Below are positions 19,472-29,277 of a stretch of 64,000 bases of DNA, piece by piece. The notes under the pieces were generated by a model. That model was not told the origin of the DNA, searched no databases, and saw only the letters and a program-made list of their open reading frames with translations. The position numbers and the translations under genes were made by a program. Source of the DNA: Planctomycetota bacterium (GTDB taxonomy: Bacteria > Planctomycetota > UBA1135 > UBA2386); NCBI GenBank assembly GCA_046290465.1, contig JBKAGP010000001.1, forward strand, positions 5,824,001-5,888,000, read 5' to 3'. Each line of letters begins with the position of its first letter. The stretch's first letter is position 1.

Positions 19472-19560
19472 GTAGCGGTACGGTATGCGGTTCATCCTCC
19501 AACTTCCGCCGCGCGACGCGCGGCGGAAGTTGGAGGATGAACCGCGTACCGTACCGCTAC
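19472..19560. repeat. 89-bp near-perfect palindrome with GTAG/CTAC ends (REPIN/MITE-like)
   Basis: Arms 19472-19515 and 19517-19560 are 44-nt reverse complements with one mismatch. Confidence 0.92.
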
Positions 19561-20396
19561 TTCTGGCAGTTGCTGCACCAGTAGGTGCTGCGGCCCTGCT
19601 GGACGGCGCGGCGGATCTCGGCCCTGCAGCGTGGGCACGGCAGGCCGTCGCGTTCGTAGACGCGCAGTTCGCGGGCGAAGTAGCCGGCGTGCTCGTCGAC
19701 GCCGACGTAGTCGCGGAAGCTGGTGCCGCCGGCTTCGATCGCCGCCGCCAGCACCTTCTGGACCGACGCGGCGAGCAGCTCGCACTCCTTGCGGGTCAGC
19801 GACTTCGCCGCGCGCCGCGGCCGCACCCGCGCGTGCCAGCACGATTCGCTGGCGTAGATGTTGCCGACGCCGACGATCAGGTTGCCGTTCATCAGCAGCT
19901 GCTTGATGGCGACCTTGCGGTTGCGCGTGATGCGGTGCAGGAACGCGCCGTCGAAGCCCGGCTCGAGCGGCTCGACGCCGAGGTCCTTGAGCAGCGGGTG
20001 GCTGGCGAGCTCGCCGCCGGCGCCGACGTCGAGCGCGCCGAACCGGCGCGGGTCGACGAACCGCACCAGCCGGTCGCCGAAGTCCATGCGCCAGTGCTCG
20101 TGCTTGCGGTATTCGGGTCGCGCGGCGCGCACCCCGATCGGGTCGACGATCAGCCGGCCGGTCATGCCGAGGTGGATCAGCGCGACCGGAGTGTCCGGGC
20201 CGTCGAAGCGCACCAGGATGTACTTCGACCGCCGCTCGACGGCCGTGCAGCGGCGCCCGACCAGACCCTGCAGCAGATCGGCGGGCATCGGCCAGCGCAG
20301 ATCGGGGCGCTGCAGGTGGACGGCGCGCAGCCGGCGGCCTACGAGGTGCGGTTCGGCGCCTGTCCGGACGGTTTCGACTTCGGGCAACTCGGGCAA
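19557..20396 (-). CDS. mutM: Formamidopyrimidine-DNA glycosylase
   Basis: (M)PELPEVETV from a TTG start, RRSKY, HLGMTG, DPRRFG, GVGNIYASE and a C-terminal CPRC...CSNCQ zinc finger. Confidence 0.97.
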   Translation of the reverse strand: MPELPEVETVRTGAEPHLVGRRLRAVHLQRPDLRWPMPADLLQGLVGRRCTAVERRSKYILVRFDGPDTPVALIHLGMTGRLIVDPIGVRAARPEYRKHEHWRMDFGDRLVRFVDPRRFGALDVGAGGELASHPLLKDLGVEPLEPGFDGAFLHRITRNRKVAIKQLLMNGNLIVGVGNIYASESCWHARVRPRRAAKSLTRKECELLAASVQKVLAAAIEAGGTSFRDYVGVDEHAGYFARELRVYERDGLPCPRCRAEIRRAVQQGRSTYWCSNCQK

Positions 20397-20467
20397 GGTC
20401 CGTTCATCCTCGCCTCCCGGCGCCCCGCTGCCTAACATCCTTCGCCCCGGTTCGCCGCGCACGCACC

Positions 20468-20902
20468 ATGACCGACCAACCCATCCAGGAACTGCACCAC
20501 ATCGGCGTCGCCGTGCCCTCGCTCGACGACGCGCTGCCCAAGTGGACCGACGGCTTCGGCCTGCGGCTCGAGTCGGTCGACGAGGTCCCGACCGAGAAGG
20601 TCAAGGTCGCGGTGCTCAAGGCCGGCAACACCCGCATCGAGCTGCTCGAGCCGACCAGCGACGACTCGCCGATCGCCAGGTTCCTGCAGAAGCGCGGTCC
20701 GGGCATCCACCACCTCGCGTTCCAGGTGGGGGACTGCCAGCAGAAGATCACCCAGTTGATCGACGACGGCGCCCCGATGCTCAACGAGACCCCCAACCCC
20801 GGCGCGCACGACTGCAAGGTCGCGTTCGTGCACCCGAAGTTCCTCGGCGGGGTGCTCGCCGAGCTGGTCGAAGATCCGCACGCCGAAGACTCCCACGCCT
20901 GA
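20468..20902 (+). CDS. mce: Methylmalonyl-CoA epimerase
   Basis: [24 protein letters not shown] and [14 protein letters not shown]. Adjacent to a carboxyltransferase. Confidence 0.93.
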   Translation: MTDQPIQELHHIGVAVPSLDDALPKWTDGFGLRLESVDEVPTEKVKVAVLKAGNTRIELLEPTSDDSPIARFLQKRGPGIHHLAFQVGDCQQKITQLIDDGAPMLNETPNPGAHDCKVAFVHPKFLGGVLAELVEDPHAEDSHA

Positions 20903-20942
20903 AGACCTCCCACGCTTAGAGAACCACGCCTGGATCGAAGTC

Positions 20943-22499
20943 ATGACCGACACCAACGGAATGGACAAACTGAACGAGCTGCGCGAACGGTCGCTGCAGG
21001 GCGGCGGCGAGAAGCGCATCGCGGCGCAGCACGAGCGCGGCAAGCTGACGGCGCGCGAGCGCATCGACCTGCTGGTCGACCCCGGCACGTTCGTCGAGAT
21101 CGACCGCTTCGTGACGCACCGCTGCCGCGACTTCGGCATGGACTCGGAGAAGAACGAGATCCTCGGCGACGGCGTCGTGACCGGCAGCGCCAAGATCGAC
21201 GGCCGGCCGGTGTACCTGTTCGCGCAGGACTTCACCGTGTTCGGCGGCAGCCTGTCCGAGACCCACGCGCAGAAGATCGTCAAGGTCATGGACCTGGCGA
21301 TGAAGATGGGCGTGCCGATGCTCGGCCTGTGCGATTCGGGCGGCGCGCGCATCCAGGAGGGCGTCGTCTCGCTCGCTGGCTACGCCAACATCTTCCTGCG
21401 CAACACGCTCGCCAGCGGCGTGATCCCGCAGATCAGCGCGATCATGGGCCCGTGTGCCGGCGGCGCGGTCTACTCGCCGTCGATCACCGACTTCATCATG
21501 ATGGTCGAGGGCTCGAGCTTCATGCACATCACCGGGCCCGACGTGGTCAAGACGGTGACGCACGAGGACACGACGTCCGAAGAGCTCGGCGGCGCGCGCG
21601 TTCACAGCGAGACGTCCGGCGTCGCGCACTTCACCGCGCCCGACGACGCGGCCTGCCTGATGCAACTGCGCGAACTGCTCAGCTACCTGCCGCTCAACAA
21701 CGGTGAGGACCCGCCGTTCCGCAGCACGGACGACGATCCGAACCGCATGGAGGAGGCGCTCGACACGATCGTGCCCGAGTCCAGCGACCAGCCGTACGAC
21801 ATGAAGCAGGTCGTCAAGCACATCGTCGACGACGGCACGTTCTTCGAGGTGCACGCGCGCTACGCCAAGAACATCCTCGTCGGCTTCGCGCGGCTCGGCG
21901 GCCGCGTCGTCGGCATCATCGGCAACCAGCCGGCGCACCTCGCCGGCGTGCTCGACATCAAGGCGAGCATCAAGGGGGCGCGGTTCGTGCGCTTCTGCGA
22001 CGCGTTCAACATCCCGCTGGTCTGCATGGAGGACGTGCCGGGCTTCCTGCCGGGCACCGAGCAGGAGTGGAACGGCATCATCACGCACGGCGCCAAGCTG
22101 CTGTATGCGTTCTGCGAGGCGACCGTGCCGCGACTGACCGTGATCACGCGCAAGGCCTACGGCGGCGCCTACACGGTGATGAACAACCTGCACATCCGCG
22201 CCGATGCGATGTTCGCGTGGCCGAAGGCGGAGATCGCGGTGATGGGCGCCGAGGGGGCCGCCAAGATCGTGTTCCGCCGCGAGATCCAGGGCGCCGACGA
22301 TCCCAAGGCCGAAGAGAAGCGGTTGGTCGACGGCTACAAGGACAAGTTCGCCAACCCCTACCAGGCGGCCGCGCGCGGCTTCGTCGACGACGTCATCGAG
22401 CCGCGCCGCACGCGGCCGATGCTGATCCAGGCGCTGGAGCTGCTGCGCAGCAAGCGGGACACGAACCCGCCGAAGAAGCACGGCAACATCCCGCTGTGA
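20943..22499 (+). CDS. pccB: Acyl-CoA (propionyl-CoA) carboxylase carboxyltransferase beta subunit
   Basis: [45 protein letters not shown] and KKHGNIPL. Confidence 0.93.
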   Translation: MTDTNGMDKLNELRERSLQGGGEKRIAAQHERGKLTARERIDLLVDPGTFVEIDRFVTHRCRDFGMDSEKNEILGDGVVTGSAKIDGRPVYLFAQDFTVFGGSLSETHAQKIVKVMDLAMKMGVPMLGLCDSGGARIQEGVVSLAGYANIFLRNTLASGVIPQISAIMGPCAGGAVYSPSITDFIMMVEGSSFMHITGPDVVKTVTHEDTTSEELGGARVHSETSGVAHFTAPDDAACLMQLRELLSYLPLNNGEDPPFRSTDDDPNRMEEALDTIVPESSDQPYDMKQVVKHIVDDGTFFEVHARYAKNILVGFARLGGRVVGIIGNQPAHLAGVLDIKASIKGARFVRFCDAFNIPLVCMEDVPGFLPGTEQEWNGIITHGAKLLYAFCEATVPRLTVITRKAYGGAYTVMNNLHIRADAMFAWPKAEIAVMGAEGAAKIVFRREIQGADDPKAEEKRLVDGYKDKFANPYQAAARGFVDDVIEPRRTRPMLIQALELLRSKRDTNPPKKHGNIPL

Positions 22500-22524
22500 T
22501 GGCCGTGGCTGGGGGCGCGGAACG

Positions 22525-24069
22525 ATGAAGGCCAGTCGGTCGGTTCCCGTAGGGCTGGGTCTTCTGATCGGGCTGGGTCTGCTGGTCGGGCTGGCGTTGC
22601 TTCTTCGGGGGACGTGGGGTGGTGTCGCGCCGGAGGCTCCGGTCAACTCCGCTGGGCCGCCGCCGGCCGAAGGGCGCCGCGGCGAGCGGGCTCCCGATGT
22701 GGCTGGTCGGCAGCCAGTCCCTGTTCCCGATGCTGGTGGGATCGTGGTTCGCGTTGTCGATGCGGGCTCTGGGGCGGCGCTGGCGGGAGCGTGGGTGGGC
22801 AAAGCCGGTGAGGTGGTCGCGGGCGTGGATGGGGGCTTCTCGCTGCCGGTCGAGGTGATGGGAGAGGTCTGGGTTGCCGGTTGTCCTGGCTTCTACGTGC
22901 AGGAGTTCGAAGTGGGGCGGGGCGGCGAGGTGCGGCTCGAGAGCCAGCGGCGGGTGGCCGGGCTCGTGCAGTTCGAGACCGATGTGGATCGTCCGGAACC
23001 GGCCCTCCTGCGCGCGTCGGCTTCTGGAGCGAACGTGTTGGGCGACGGATTCGTCGCGTTCAAGTTCGAGGTTCGTCCGGACTACGGCTTCGCGTTCGAG
23101 CCTGGGCAGGCGAAGAGTCTGGATCTGAGTCTTCGGCACGTCCGCACGAGGCAGGAGCTCGGCACGGTGACGTGGCGCTTTCCGCAAGAGCATGTCGTCA
23201 TCCGGGCTCGTGCGCCGTCGCCCGAAGGGGCTGCCGGGATCGCGCGGCGCATTGTCGTGCAGCTGGATGCGGAGTATCTGGCTGCCTGGCAGGCCGGGGC
23301 GCTAGGCAAGGACCTTCGTCGCGTCGAGTTGTTCGTTCGGGAGGCCGGGGAAGTCGCGGCCCGTGCGAGCGCCGTGGTGGGCGGTGCGGGACAGCACGTC
23401 GAATCCAGGATCGGGAGTAGGGAGCTGTCGGATGTCTCGCCGGAGTTCGATGCGGTGATCCGCGCCGGCACGTACGACTTCGAACTGCGAGATCACGTGC
23501 TGGGCACGTCGTTCGTCTGGCGCGGCACGCAGCTGGGCAGCGAGCAGCAGGAAGTCGTGCTCGCGGTGCCGGGGCGAGGCAGCGTGTCCGCGCGCCTGCA
23601 TGGCATCGACGCAGCGGAGGTCGCCCTGATGACCCATCCGGCGTTCTTCCACCTCTTGTCGCGGGATGGTGCGGTCGTTCTTCGCGCCTACTGCCCAGAT
23701 GGTCAGGCTGGCGTGCATGCCCCGTGCGTGGCGCCCGGTCGCTACTTCGCGCTCGCATACGCCGACAACGCCGAGCACCCGTTCCTGCGTTCGCCGCTGG
23801 TGCCTTGCGAGGTCGTGGAGGGACAGGTCTCCGCTTTGGACCTGTTCCTGGAGCCGGCCGGGATCGTCGAGATCCACGCCGACGTCGGTCCGCATGCGGG
23901 AACGATCGAGAGTGTCGACGGGGTCGTGCTGCACCGGTTCGACCTGCGCGAACGCAAGCACACGTCGCTTCCGCTGGCTCCGGGTGACTACGTGGTGGTC
24001 ACCGGCGGTAGCCGGCGCGCGGTGCGCGTGAGTCGAGAGGCGGTTGCCGCCGTGCACCTGCCGCTTTGA
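22525..24069 (+). CDS. Membrane-anchored hypothetical protein with beta-sandwich (carboxypeptidase-regulatory-like) segments
   Basis: N-terminal TM. Segments VRVVDAGSGAALAGA, VAPGRY and LAPGDYVV. Atypical codon usage. Confidence 0.6.
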   Translation: MKASRSVPVGLGLLIGLGLLVGLALLLRGTWGGVAPEAPVNSAGPPPAEGRRGERAPDVAGRQPVPVPDAGGIVVRVVDAGSGAALAGAWVGKAGEVVAGVDGGFSLPVEVMGEVWVAGCPGFYVQEFEVGRGGEVRLESQRRVAGLVQFETDVDRPEPALLRASASGANVLGDGFVAFKFEVRPDYGFAFEPGQAKSLDLSLRHVRTRQELGTVTWRFPQEHVVIRARAPSPEGAAGIARRIVVQLDAEYLAAWQAGALGKDLRRVELFVREAGEVAARASAVVGGAGQHVESRIGSRELSDVSPEFDAVIRAGTYDFELRDHVLGTSFVWRGTQLGSEQQEVVLAVPGRGSVSARLHGIDAAEVALMTHPAFFHLLSRDGAVVLRAYCPDGQAGVHAPCVAPGRYFALAYADNAEHPFLRSPLVPCEVVEGQVSALDLFLEPAGIVEIHADVGPHAGTIESVDGVVLHRFDLRERKHTSLPLAPGDYVVVTGGSRRAVRVSREAVAAVHLPL

Positions 24070-24096
24070 CGGAGCCGCTGTGACGGAGCCGCAACC

Positions 24097-25167
24097 TCAG
24101 AGGTCGATCGTGCGCCCCTCGCGCGCCGACTGGTCGGCGGCCAGCACGATGCGCAGGCTGTTGACCGCATCGTCGACGTGGTCGGTCAGGTCGACGTCGT
24201 TCTGGATCGCGTCCAGCAGGAACTGCTGCTCGCGCAGGCACAGGCCGTCGTGGTCCGGTTCGTCGGTGGTGTCGATCCACTCGTCGGGCCGGGTGAACTC
24301 GTCGTCCTGGTCGCGGTCCTGCCAGTGCACCTTCAGCGAGTTGGTCGCGGTGTGCGAGTCGACGTCGGCGCTGCCGTCCTTGCGTTCGCCCTCGCGCTCG
24401 GTGATCGACACGCAACCCTTCGGGCCGATGACGTCCTTCACGAAGTAGGCGGTCTCGCTCATCATCGGGCCCCAGCCGGCCTCGTACCAGCCGACCGAGC
24501 CGTCCTCGAACGTCACCTGCAGCTGGCCGTAGTTGTACATGCCCGGCTTGAGCTCGTCGGACAGCCGCGCCTGGATCGCCGACACGCGCACCGGCTTGCT
24601 GCGCGTCATCTGGCACATCACGTCGACGTAGTGCACGCCGCAGTCGACGATCGGCGACATCGAGTCCATCAGCGCCTTGTGCGTCGTCCAGTCCTTGCCG
24701 CGGCTCTGCTGGTTGAGGTTCATGCGCATCACCAGCGGCTTGCCGAGCGTCTGCGCGACCTCGATGAACTTCTGCCACGCCGGGTGCACCCGCAGGATGT
24801 AGCCGATCACCATCTTGCGGCCGTGCTGCTTGCACAGGTCGGCGATCTGCTGGGCCTCTTCGACCGTCTCGGCGAGCGGCTTCTCGCAGAACACGTGGCT
24901 GCCGCCCGCGAGCGCCGTGCGGGCGATCGCCGCGTGGGTGTCGGGGTAGGTGTTGATCGAGACGACGTCCGGCCTGGTCTCGGCGTAGGCCGACTCGAAG
25001 TCGCCGAACGTCGCGACCCCGCCGAGCTCCTCGGCCAGCGCCTCGCGGGTCTCCGGGCGGCGGGCGACCAGCCCGACCAGTTCGTAGCCATCGAGCTGGT
25101 GGTAGGCGCGGGCATGGGATCGACCCATGTTGCCGCAGCCGACGACGAGAACGCGCAGGGATGCCAT
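24097..25167 (-). CDS. Gfo/Idh/MocA family oxidoreductase
   Basis: VLVVGCGNMG, HVFCEKPLA and DCGVHYVD. Confidence 0.92.
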   Translation of the reverse strand: MASLRVLVVGCGNMGRSHARAYHQLDGYELVGLVARRPETREALAEELGGVATFGDFESAYAETRPDVVSINTYPDTHAAIARTALAGGSHVFCEKPLAETVEEAQQIADLCKQHGRKMVIGYILRVHPAWQKFIEVAQTLGKPLVMRMNLNQQSRGKDWTTHKALMDSMSPIVDCGVHYVDVMCQMTRSKPVRVSAIQARLSDELKPGMYNYGQLQVTFEDGSVGWYEAGWGPMMSETAYFVKDVIGPKGCVSITEREGERKDGSADVDSHTATNSLKVHWQDRDQDDEFTRPDEWIDTTDEPDHDGLCLREQQFLLDAIQNDVDLTDHVDDAVNSLRIVLAADQSAREGRTIDL

Positions 25168-25269
25168 GCCCCGTTCATACCGTGCGCGGCATTCCGGTCC
25201 CAGCGGCATCGCGGTCGGTCGCCGCCCCTCGATCCCGAGGCCGCTGGTCGCTACCTTGGCCGCCCTGTC

Positions 25270-26769
25270 ATGCCGTTGTTCCGCCGCATTCTGGTCGCCA
25301 ACCGAGGCGAGATCGCGCTGCGCGTGATCCGCACTGCCCAGGAGATGGGCATCGAGACGGTGGCCGTCTTCTCCGACGCCGATCGCATGGCGCTGCACGT
25401 GCGCAAGGCGACGTTCGCCGCGCACCTGGGCGGCAGCACGCCGGCCGAGAGCTACCTCGATGCCGACAAGGTGCTGGCCGCGGCCAGGCAGTTCGACTGC
25501 GACGCGCTGCACCCGGGCTACGGCTTCCTCAGCGAGAACGCCGCGTTCTCCCGCGCCTGCGCCGAGGCCGGCATCGAGTTCCTCGGCCCTTCGGGCGACG
25601 CGATCGCGTCGATGGGCGACAAGGTCGCGGCGCGCAACATCGCGCTGAAGGCCGGCGTGCCGCTGGTGCCCGGCCTGCAGGACGACGTCGACGAGGACCA
25701 GCTGGTCGCCGCCGCCAACGAGGTCGGCTACCCGGTCATGCTGAAGGCCGCGGCCGGCGGGGGGGGCAAGGGCATCCGCATCGTCGAGAACGAGTCGGGC
25801 CTGCTCGAAGCGTTCCGGATGGCGCGCGCCGAGGCCAAGGGCGCGTTCGGCGACGACCGCGTCTACCTCGAGAAGTTCGTGGTCGAGCCGCGCCACGTCG
25901 AGATCCAGATCATGGCCGACAAGCACGGCAACGTGGTGCACTACGGCGAGCGCGAATGCTCGGTGCAGCGGCGCCACCAGAAGCTGGTCGAGGAGTCGCC
26001 GTGCTCGGTGCTGACGCCCGAGCTGCGCGAGGAGATGGGCCAGGCGGCCTGCAACCTCGCCAAGGAGGTCGACTACGTCGGAGCCGGCACGGTCGAGTTC
26101 CTGTACTCGCGCGGCCGGTTCTACTTCCTCGAGATGAACACCCGGCTGCAGGTCGAGCACCCGATCACCGAAGAACGGTTCGGCGTCGACCTGGTGCGCG
26201 AGATGATCCGCGTCGGAGCCGGCGAGAAGGTCCGCCAGCCCAACGAGCCGCGCGGCCACGCGATCGAGGTGCGCATCAACGCCGAGGACCCGAGCAACTT
26301 CTTCCCGTCGCTCGGCACGATCACGCGGCTCGGCCTGCCCGGCGGGCCGGGCGTTCGCCTCGACAGCGCGATGTTCCGCGCCCTCGAGATCACGCCGTAC
26401 TACGACAGCATGCTCGGCAAGCTGATCGTGCACGGCAACGACCGCGCCCAGGCGATCATGCGGATGAAGCGCGCGCTGCGCGAGCTGCGCATCGTCGGCG
26501 TCGCGACGTCCCTGCCGGTGGCGCTGCGCACGCTCGAGAGCGAGCCGTTCGAGTCCGGCAACTACGACACCAGCATCCTGGCGACGATCGACACCGACAG
26601 CCGCGAGCATCGCGAGGTGGCGATGCTGGCCGCGGCCACGGCGCGCTTCCTGGCGGCCGAACGGGTCGGTGCCGCGGCGGCCGCCGCCGGCGACGGGCAG
26701 GCCGGCGAGGCCACGCCGACCTGGGCCCAGCTGGGACGGCGAGAGCGCCTGTGGAGGAGCGCACGATGA
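25270..26769 (+). CDS. accC: Biotin carboxylase subunit (AccC/PccA-type)
   Basis: ILVANRGEIA, HPGYGFLSEN, GGGGKG, RECSVQRRHQK, EMNTRLQVEH and YYDSMLGK. Confidence 0.95.
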   Translation: MPLFRRILVANRGEIALRVIRTAQEMGIETVAVFSDADRMALHVRKATFAAHLGGSTPAESYLDADKVLAAARQFDCDALHPGYGFLSENAAFSRACAEAGIEFLGPSGDAIASMGDKVAARNIALKAGVPLVPGLQDDVDEDQLVAAANEVGYPVMLKAAAGGGGKGIRIVENESGLLEAFRMARAEAKGAFGDDRVYLEKFVVEPRHVEIQIMADKHGNVVHYGERECSVQRRHQKLVEESPCSVLTPELREEMGQAACNLAKEVDYVGAGTVEFLYSRGRFYFLEMNTRLQVEHPITEERFGVDLVREMIRVGAGEKVRQPNEPRGHAIEVRINAEDPSNFFPSLGTITRLGLPGGPGVRLDSAMFRALEITPYYDSMLGKLIVHGNDRAQAIMRMKRALRELRIVGVATSLPVALRTLESEPFESGNYDTSILATIDTDSREHREVAMLAAATARFLAAERVGAAAAAAGDGQAGEATPTWAQLGRRERLWRSAR

Positions 26770-27266
26770 AGTACGAAGCGAAGTTCGGCGACGAGGTGCG
26801 CGAGTTCGAGTTCAAGTGGGACGACGGGCTGCTGATCGCCCGGTCGGGGGACCGCATCGCGGCGCTCGACGTCTCGCAGGTCGGCAACGGCGAGGCGCTG
26901 TCGCTGCTGGTCGACGGCCAGTCGTTCGACATCGTCACCGACGTGCAGGGCCAGGACGTGACCGTGCAGGTCCGCGGCGAGCGCTACCAGGTGCAGGTCG
27001 TCGACGAGCGCGAACGCGCCGCCGCCGAGGTCGCCGGCAACAAGGCCAGCGGCAAGCGCGAGCTGCGCGCGGCGATGCCGGGCGTCGTCGTCGACGTCAA
27101 GGTCGAGGTCGGCGACGAGGTCGAGGAGGGCCAGACCCTGGTCGTGCTCGAGGCGATGAAGATGCAGAACCCGCTCGCCGCCGAGGGCGCCGGCAAGGTC
27201 ACCAAGGTCGCGGTCGAGGCGGGCGCCGCAGTCGCGGCGGGTGCGCTGCTGGTGGAGATCGAGTGA
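26766..27266 (+). CDS. Biotin carboxyl carrier protein
   Basis: AMPG.V and the biotinylation motif LEAMKMQN. ATGA overlap with accC. Confidence 0.93.
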   Translation: MKYEAKFGDEVREFEFKWDDGLLIARSGDRIAALDVSQVGNGEALSLLVDGQSFDIVTDVQGQDVTVQVRGERYQVQVVDERERAAAEVAGNKASGKRELRAAMPGVVVDVKVEVGDEVEEGQTLVVLEAMKMQNPLAAEGAGKVTKVAVEAGAAVAAGALLVEIE

Positions 27267-28087
27267 GACGCGCGTCATCGGCGATGCTCGCGCTGCTGTT
27301 CGGCGCGTGCGCGGCACCTTCGCCGTTCGAGCAACTGCAGGACCAGAAGCCGTACACCGTCGTCGCGCACCGCGGCGCCAGCGCGGAGCGGCCCGAGAAC
27401 ACCCTGGTGGCGTTCCGCCACGCGGTCGCGCAGGGCGCGCCGATGGTGGAGTTCGACGTCTACCAGTCCAAGGACGGCGTCTGGGTCTGCATGCACGACA
27501 AGACGCTCGATCGCACCACCGACGCTGCCGCGCGGCTCGGGCGCGAGCGGGTCCGCGTCGACGAGTTGACGTTCGACGAGCTGCGCGGCCTCGACGCCGG
27601 CAGCTGGTTCGACGCGGCATGGTCGGCCGAACGCGTCTGCACGCTCGAGGAGGCGCTCGCAGCGATCGCGCCGGCGATCCCGATGATCGAGCGCAAGGGC
27701 GGCGACGCGCTGGCGCTGGTCGCGGAGCTGCGCCGCCTCGGGGTCGTCGACGACGTGATGGTGCAGGCCTTCGACTGGGACTGGCTCGAGCAGGTGCATG
27801 CGGCCGAGCCGCGGCTGCTGCTCGGTGCGCTCGGCGGCGACGAGCCGACCGCGGCGCGCCTCGCCGACCTGGACCGGACCGGCGCGCGCATCGTGCACTG
27901 GAACCACCAGCGCCTGACCGCGGCCGCGGCCGCCGAGGTGCTGGCGTCCGGTCGTCTGCTCTGCGTCTACACCGTCGACGACGACGCGGCGTTCCGGCGC
28001 TGCCTCGACCTCGGCGTGCAGATGGTCACGACCAACCGGCCCGGCCACTTCGTCGCCGCGATGCCGCGCCTCGCCCCCTCCAACTGA
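27263..28087 (+). CDS. Glycerophosphodiester phosphodiesterase (lipoprotein)
   Basis: Lipobox LFGAC, AHRGAS..PENT, VEFDV..SKDG, HD.TLDRTT and YTVDD. Confidence 0.92.
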   Translation: MRRASSAMLALLFGACAAPSPFEQLQDQKPYTVVAHRGASAERPENTLVAFRHAVAQGAPMVEFDVYQSKDGVWVCMHDKTLDRTTDAAARLGRERVRVDELTFDELRGLDAGSWFDAAWSAERVCTLEEALAAIAPAIPMIERKGGDALALVAELRRLGVVDDVMVQAFDWDWLEQVHAAEPRLLLGALGGDEPTAARLADLDRTGARIVHWNHQRLTAAAAAEVLASGRLLCVYTVDDDAAFRRCLDLGVQMVTTNRPGHFVAAMPRLAPSN

Positions 28088-28175
28088 TCCCTGGCTGTCG
28101 GCCCCGCAGCGTGCGGCAGCGATGCCCGCTGCGCCTGGGCGCGCCGATCGGGTGACGGCACCAACAGCCAGGTGA

Positions 28176-29243
28176 TCAGGTCCGTCGCGGGTCGACGGTC
28201 AGGGTCAGGGTCATCTCGTGCCGCTCGCCCGGGGCGAGCGTCACGGCGTTCTCCTTGCAGTTGGCCGTCTCGATGCAGCAGAACGTCTGCCAGTCATCGG
28301 CCAGCATCTGCGAGAGCGATGCGGTCTTCTCGGGCCACGGATTCCAGACGATCGCCGAGCGGGCGCCGCGGCTGCGCAGGGTGACGGCGCGCGCCAGCGC
28401 GGGCGCCTGCAGGCGGATCTCGTCGGGCGTCTGCTGGAACACGCGGTCGGTCTCGGCGCGGAACCGGAGCGGCGCCTGCCGATCCCATGTACCTTCCGGT
28501 CGGCGTGCGTGCTCGGTCACCAGGACCCCCTCGAGGCCGTGCACCGACGCCTCGTGCACGGAGCCGACCGAGAAGTAGGTGTGCAGCGCCTGCTCGAACC
28601 GGAAGGTCACGTCGGATGGGTTGTGGCAACGCATCGTGATGCGCAGTGCGTCGGTCAGCGCGACCTCGAGTTCGAGCGAGAACGCGTGCGGCCACAGCGT
28701 GCGGCTGTCGTCGTCGTCGCGCAGCGCGAACGTGACCGCCGACGGTGCGGTCCCGACGAGCTGCCAGTCGCGGCTGCGCGCGAAGCCGTGCGCCGGCTTG
28801 TCGGCGTCGGTCGCGTGGTCGCCGAACCACGGGAACACCACCGGCACGCCGCCGCGCACCGGCTTGCCCGCCTCGTACGCCGGGGCGCTCGCGGTCCACA
28901 GCACGTCGCCGTGCGCGGTCTGCCAGGAGAGCACCTGCGCGCCGGTGCGGGCGATCAGGACCTGCTGTTCGCCGTGGGCCAGCCGCACCGCGTCGCGGCC
29001 ACCCGGGTCCTCGCACATCGTGACGCCATCGGGGAGTTCGCTGATGGCGGCGTGGCAACACCGCTGGCAGATGCAGGCGCGACCGCGCAGCGGCTCGGGA
29101 ACGCGCGCGATCGCCGCGGCCGGCACCGTCGTCGTGCGGCACCAGCAGTTCTCGCAGGCGGCCGGCTCGCCGCCGGCCGCGGCCATCGCACACGCGTTGT
29201 CGCCGCCGCACAGCGGGCAGCGGTCGGTCTGGACCTCGCTCAT
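28176..29243 (-). CDS. D-hexose-6-phosphate mutarotase (YeaD-like) with an N-terminal Cys-rich CWC domain
   Basis: GAQVLSW, RGGVPVVFPWF, HGFAR, ALHTYF and VWNPW. N-terminus has CPLCG..N.C...CWC...CIC..C. Confidence 0.9.
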   Translation of the reverse strand: MSEVQTDRCPLCGGDNACAMAAAGGEPAACENCWCRTTTVPAAAIARVPEPLRGRACICQRCCHAAISELPDGVTMCEDPGGRDAVRLAHGEQQVLIARTGAQVLSWQTAHGDVLWTASAPAYEAGKPVRGGVPVVFPWFGDHATDADKPAHGFARSRDWQLVGTAPSAVTFALRDDDDSRTLWPHAFSLELEVALTDALRITMRCHNPSDVTFRFEQALHTYFSVGSVHEASVHGLEGVLVTEHARRPEGTWDRQAPLRFRAETDRVFQQTPDEIRLQAPALARAVTLRSRGARSAIVWNPWPEKTASLSQMLADDWQTFCCIETANCKENAVTLAPGERHEMTLTLTVDPRRT

Positions 29244-29277
29244 GCCGCGAGGATAGCGGCCCGCCGGCTGGCCGCGA

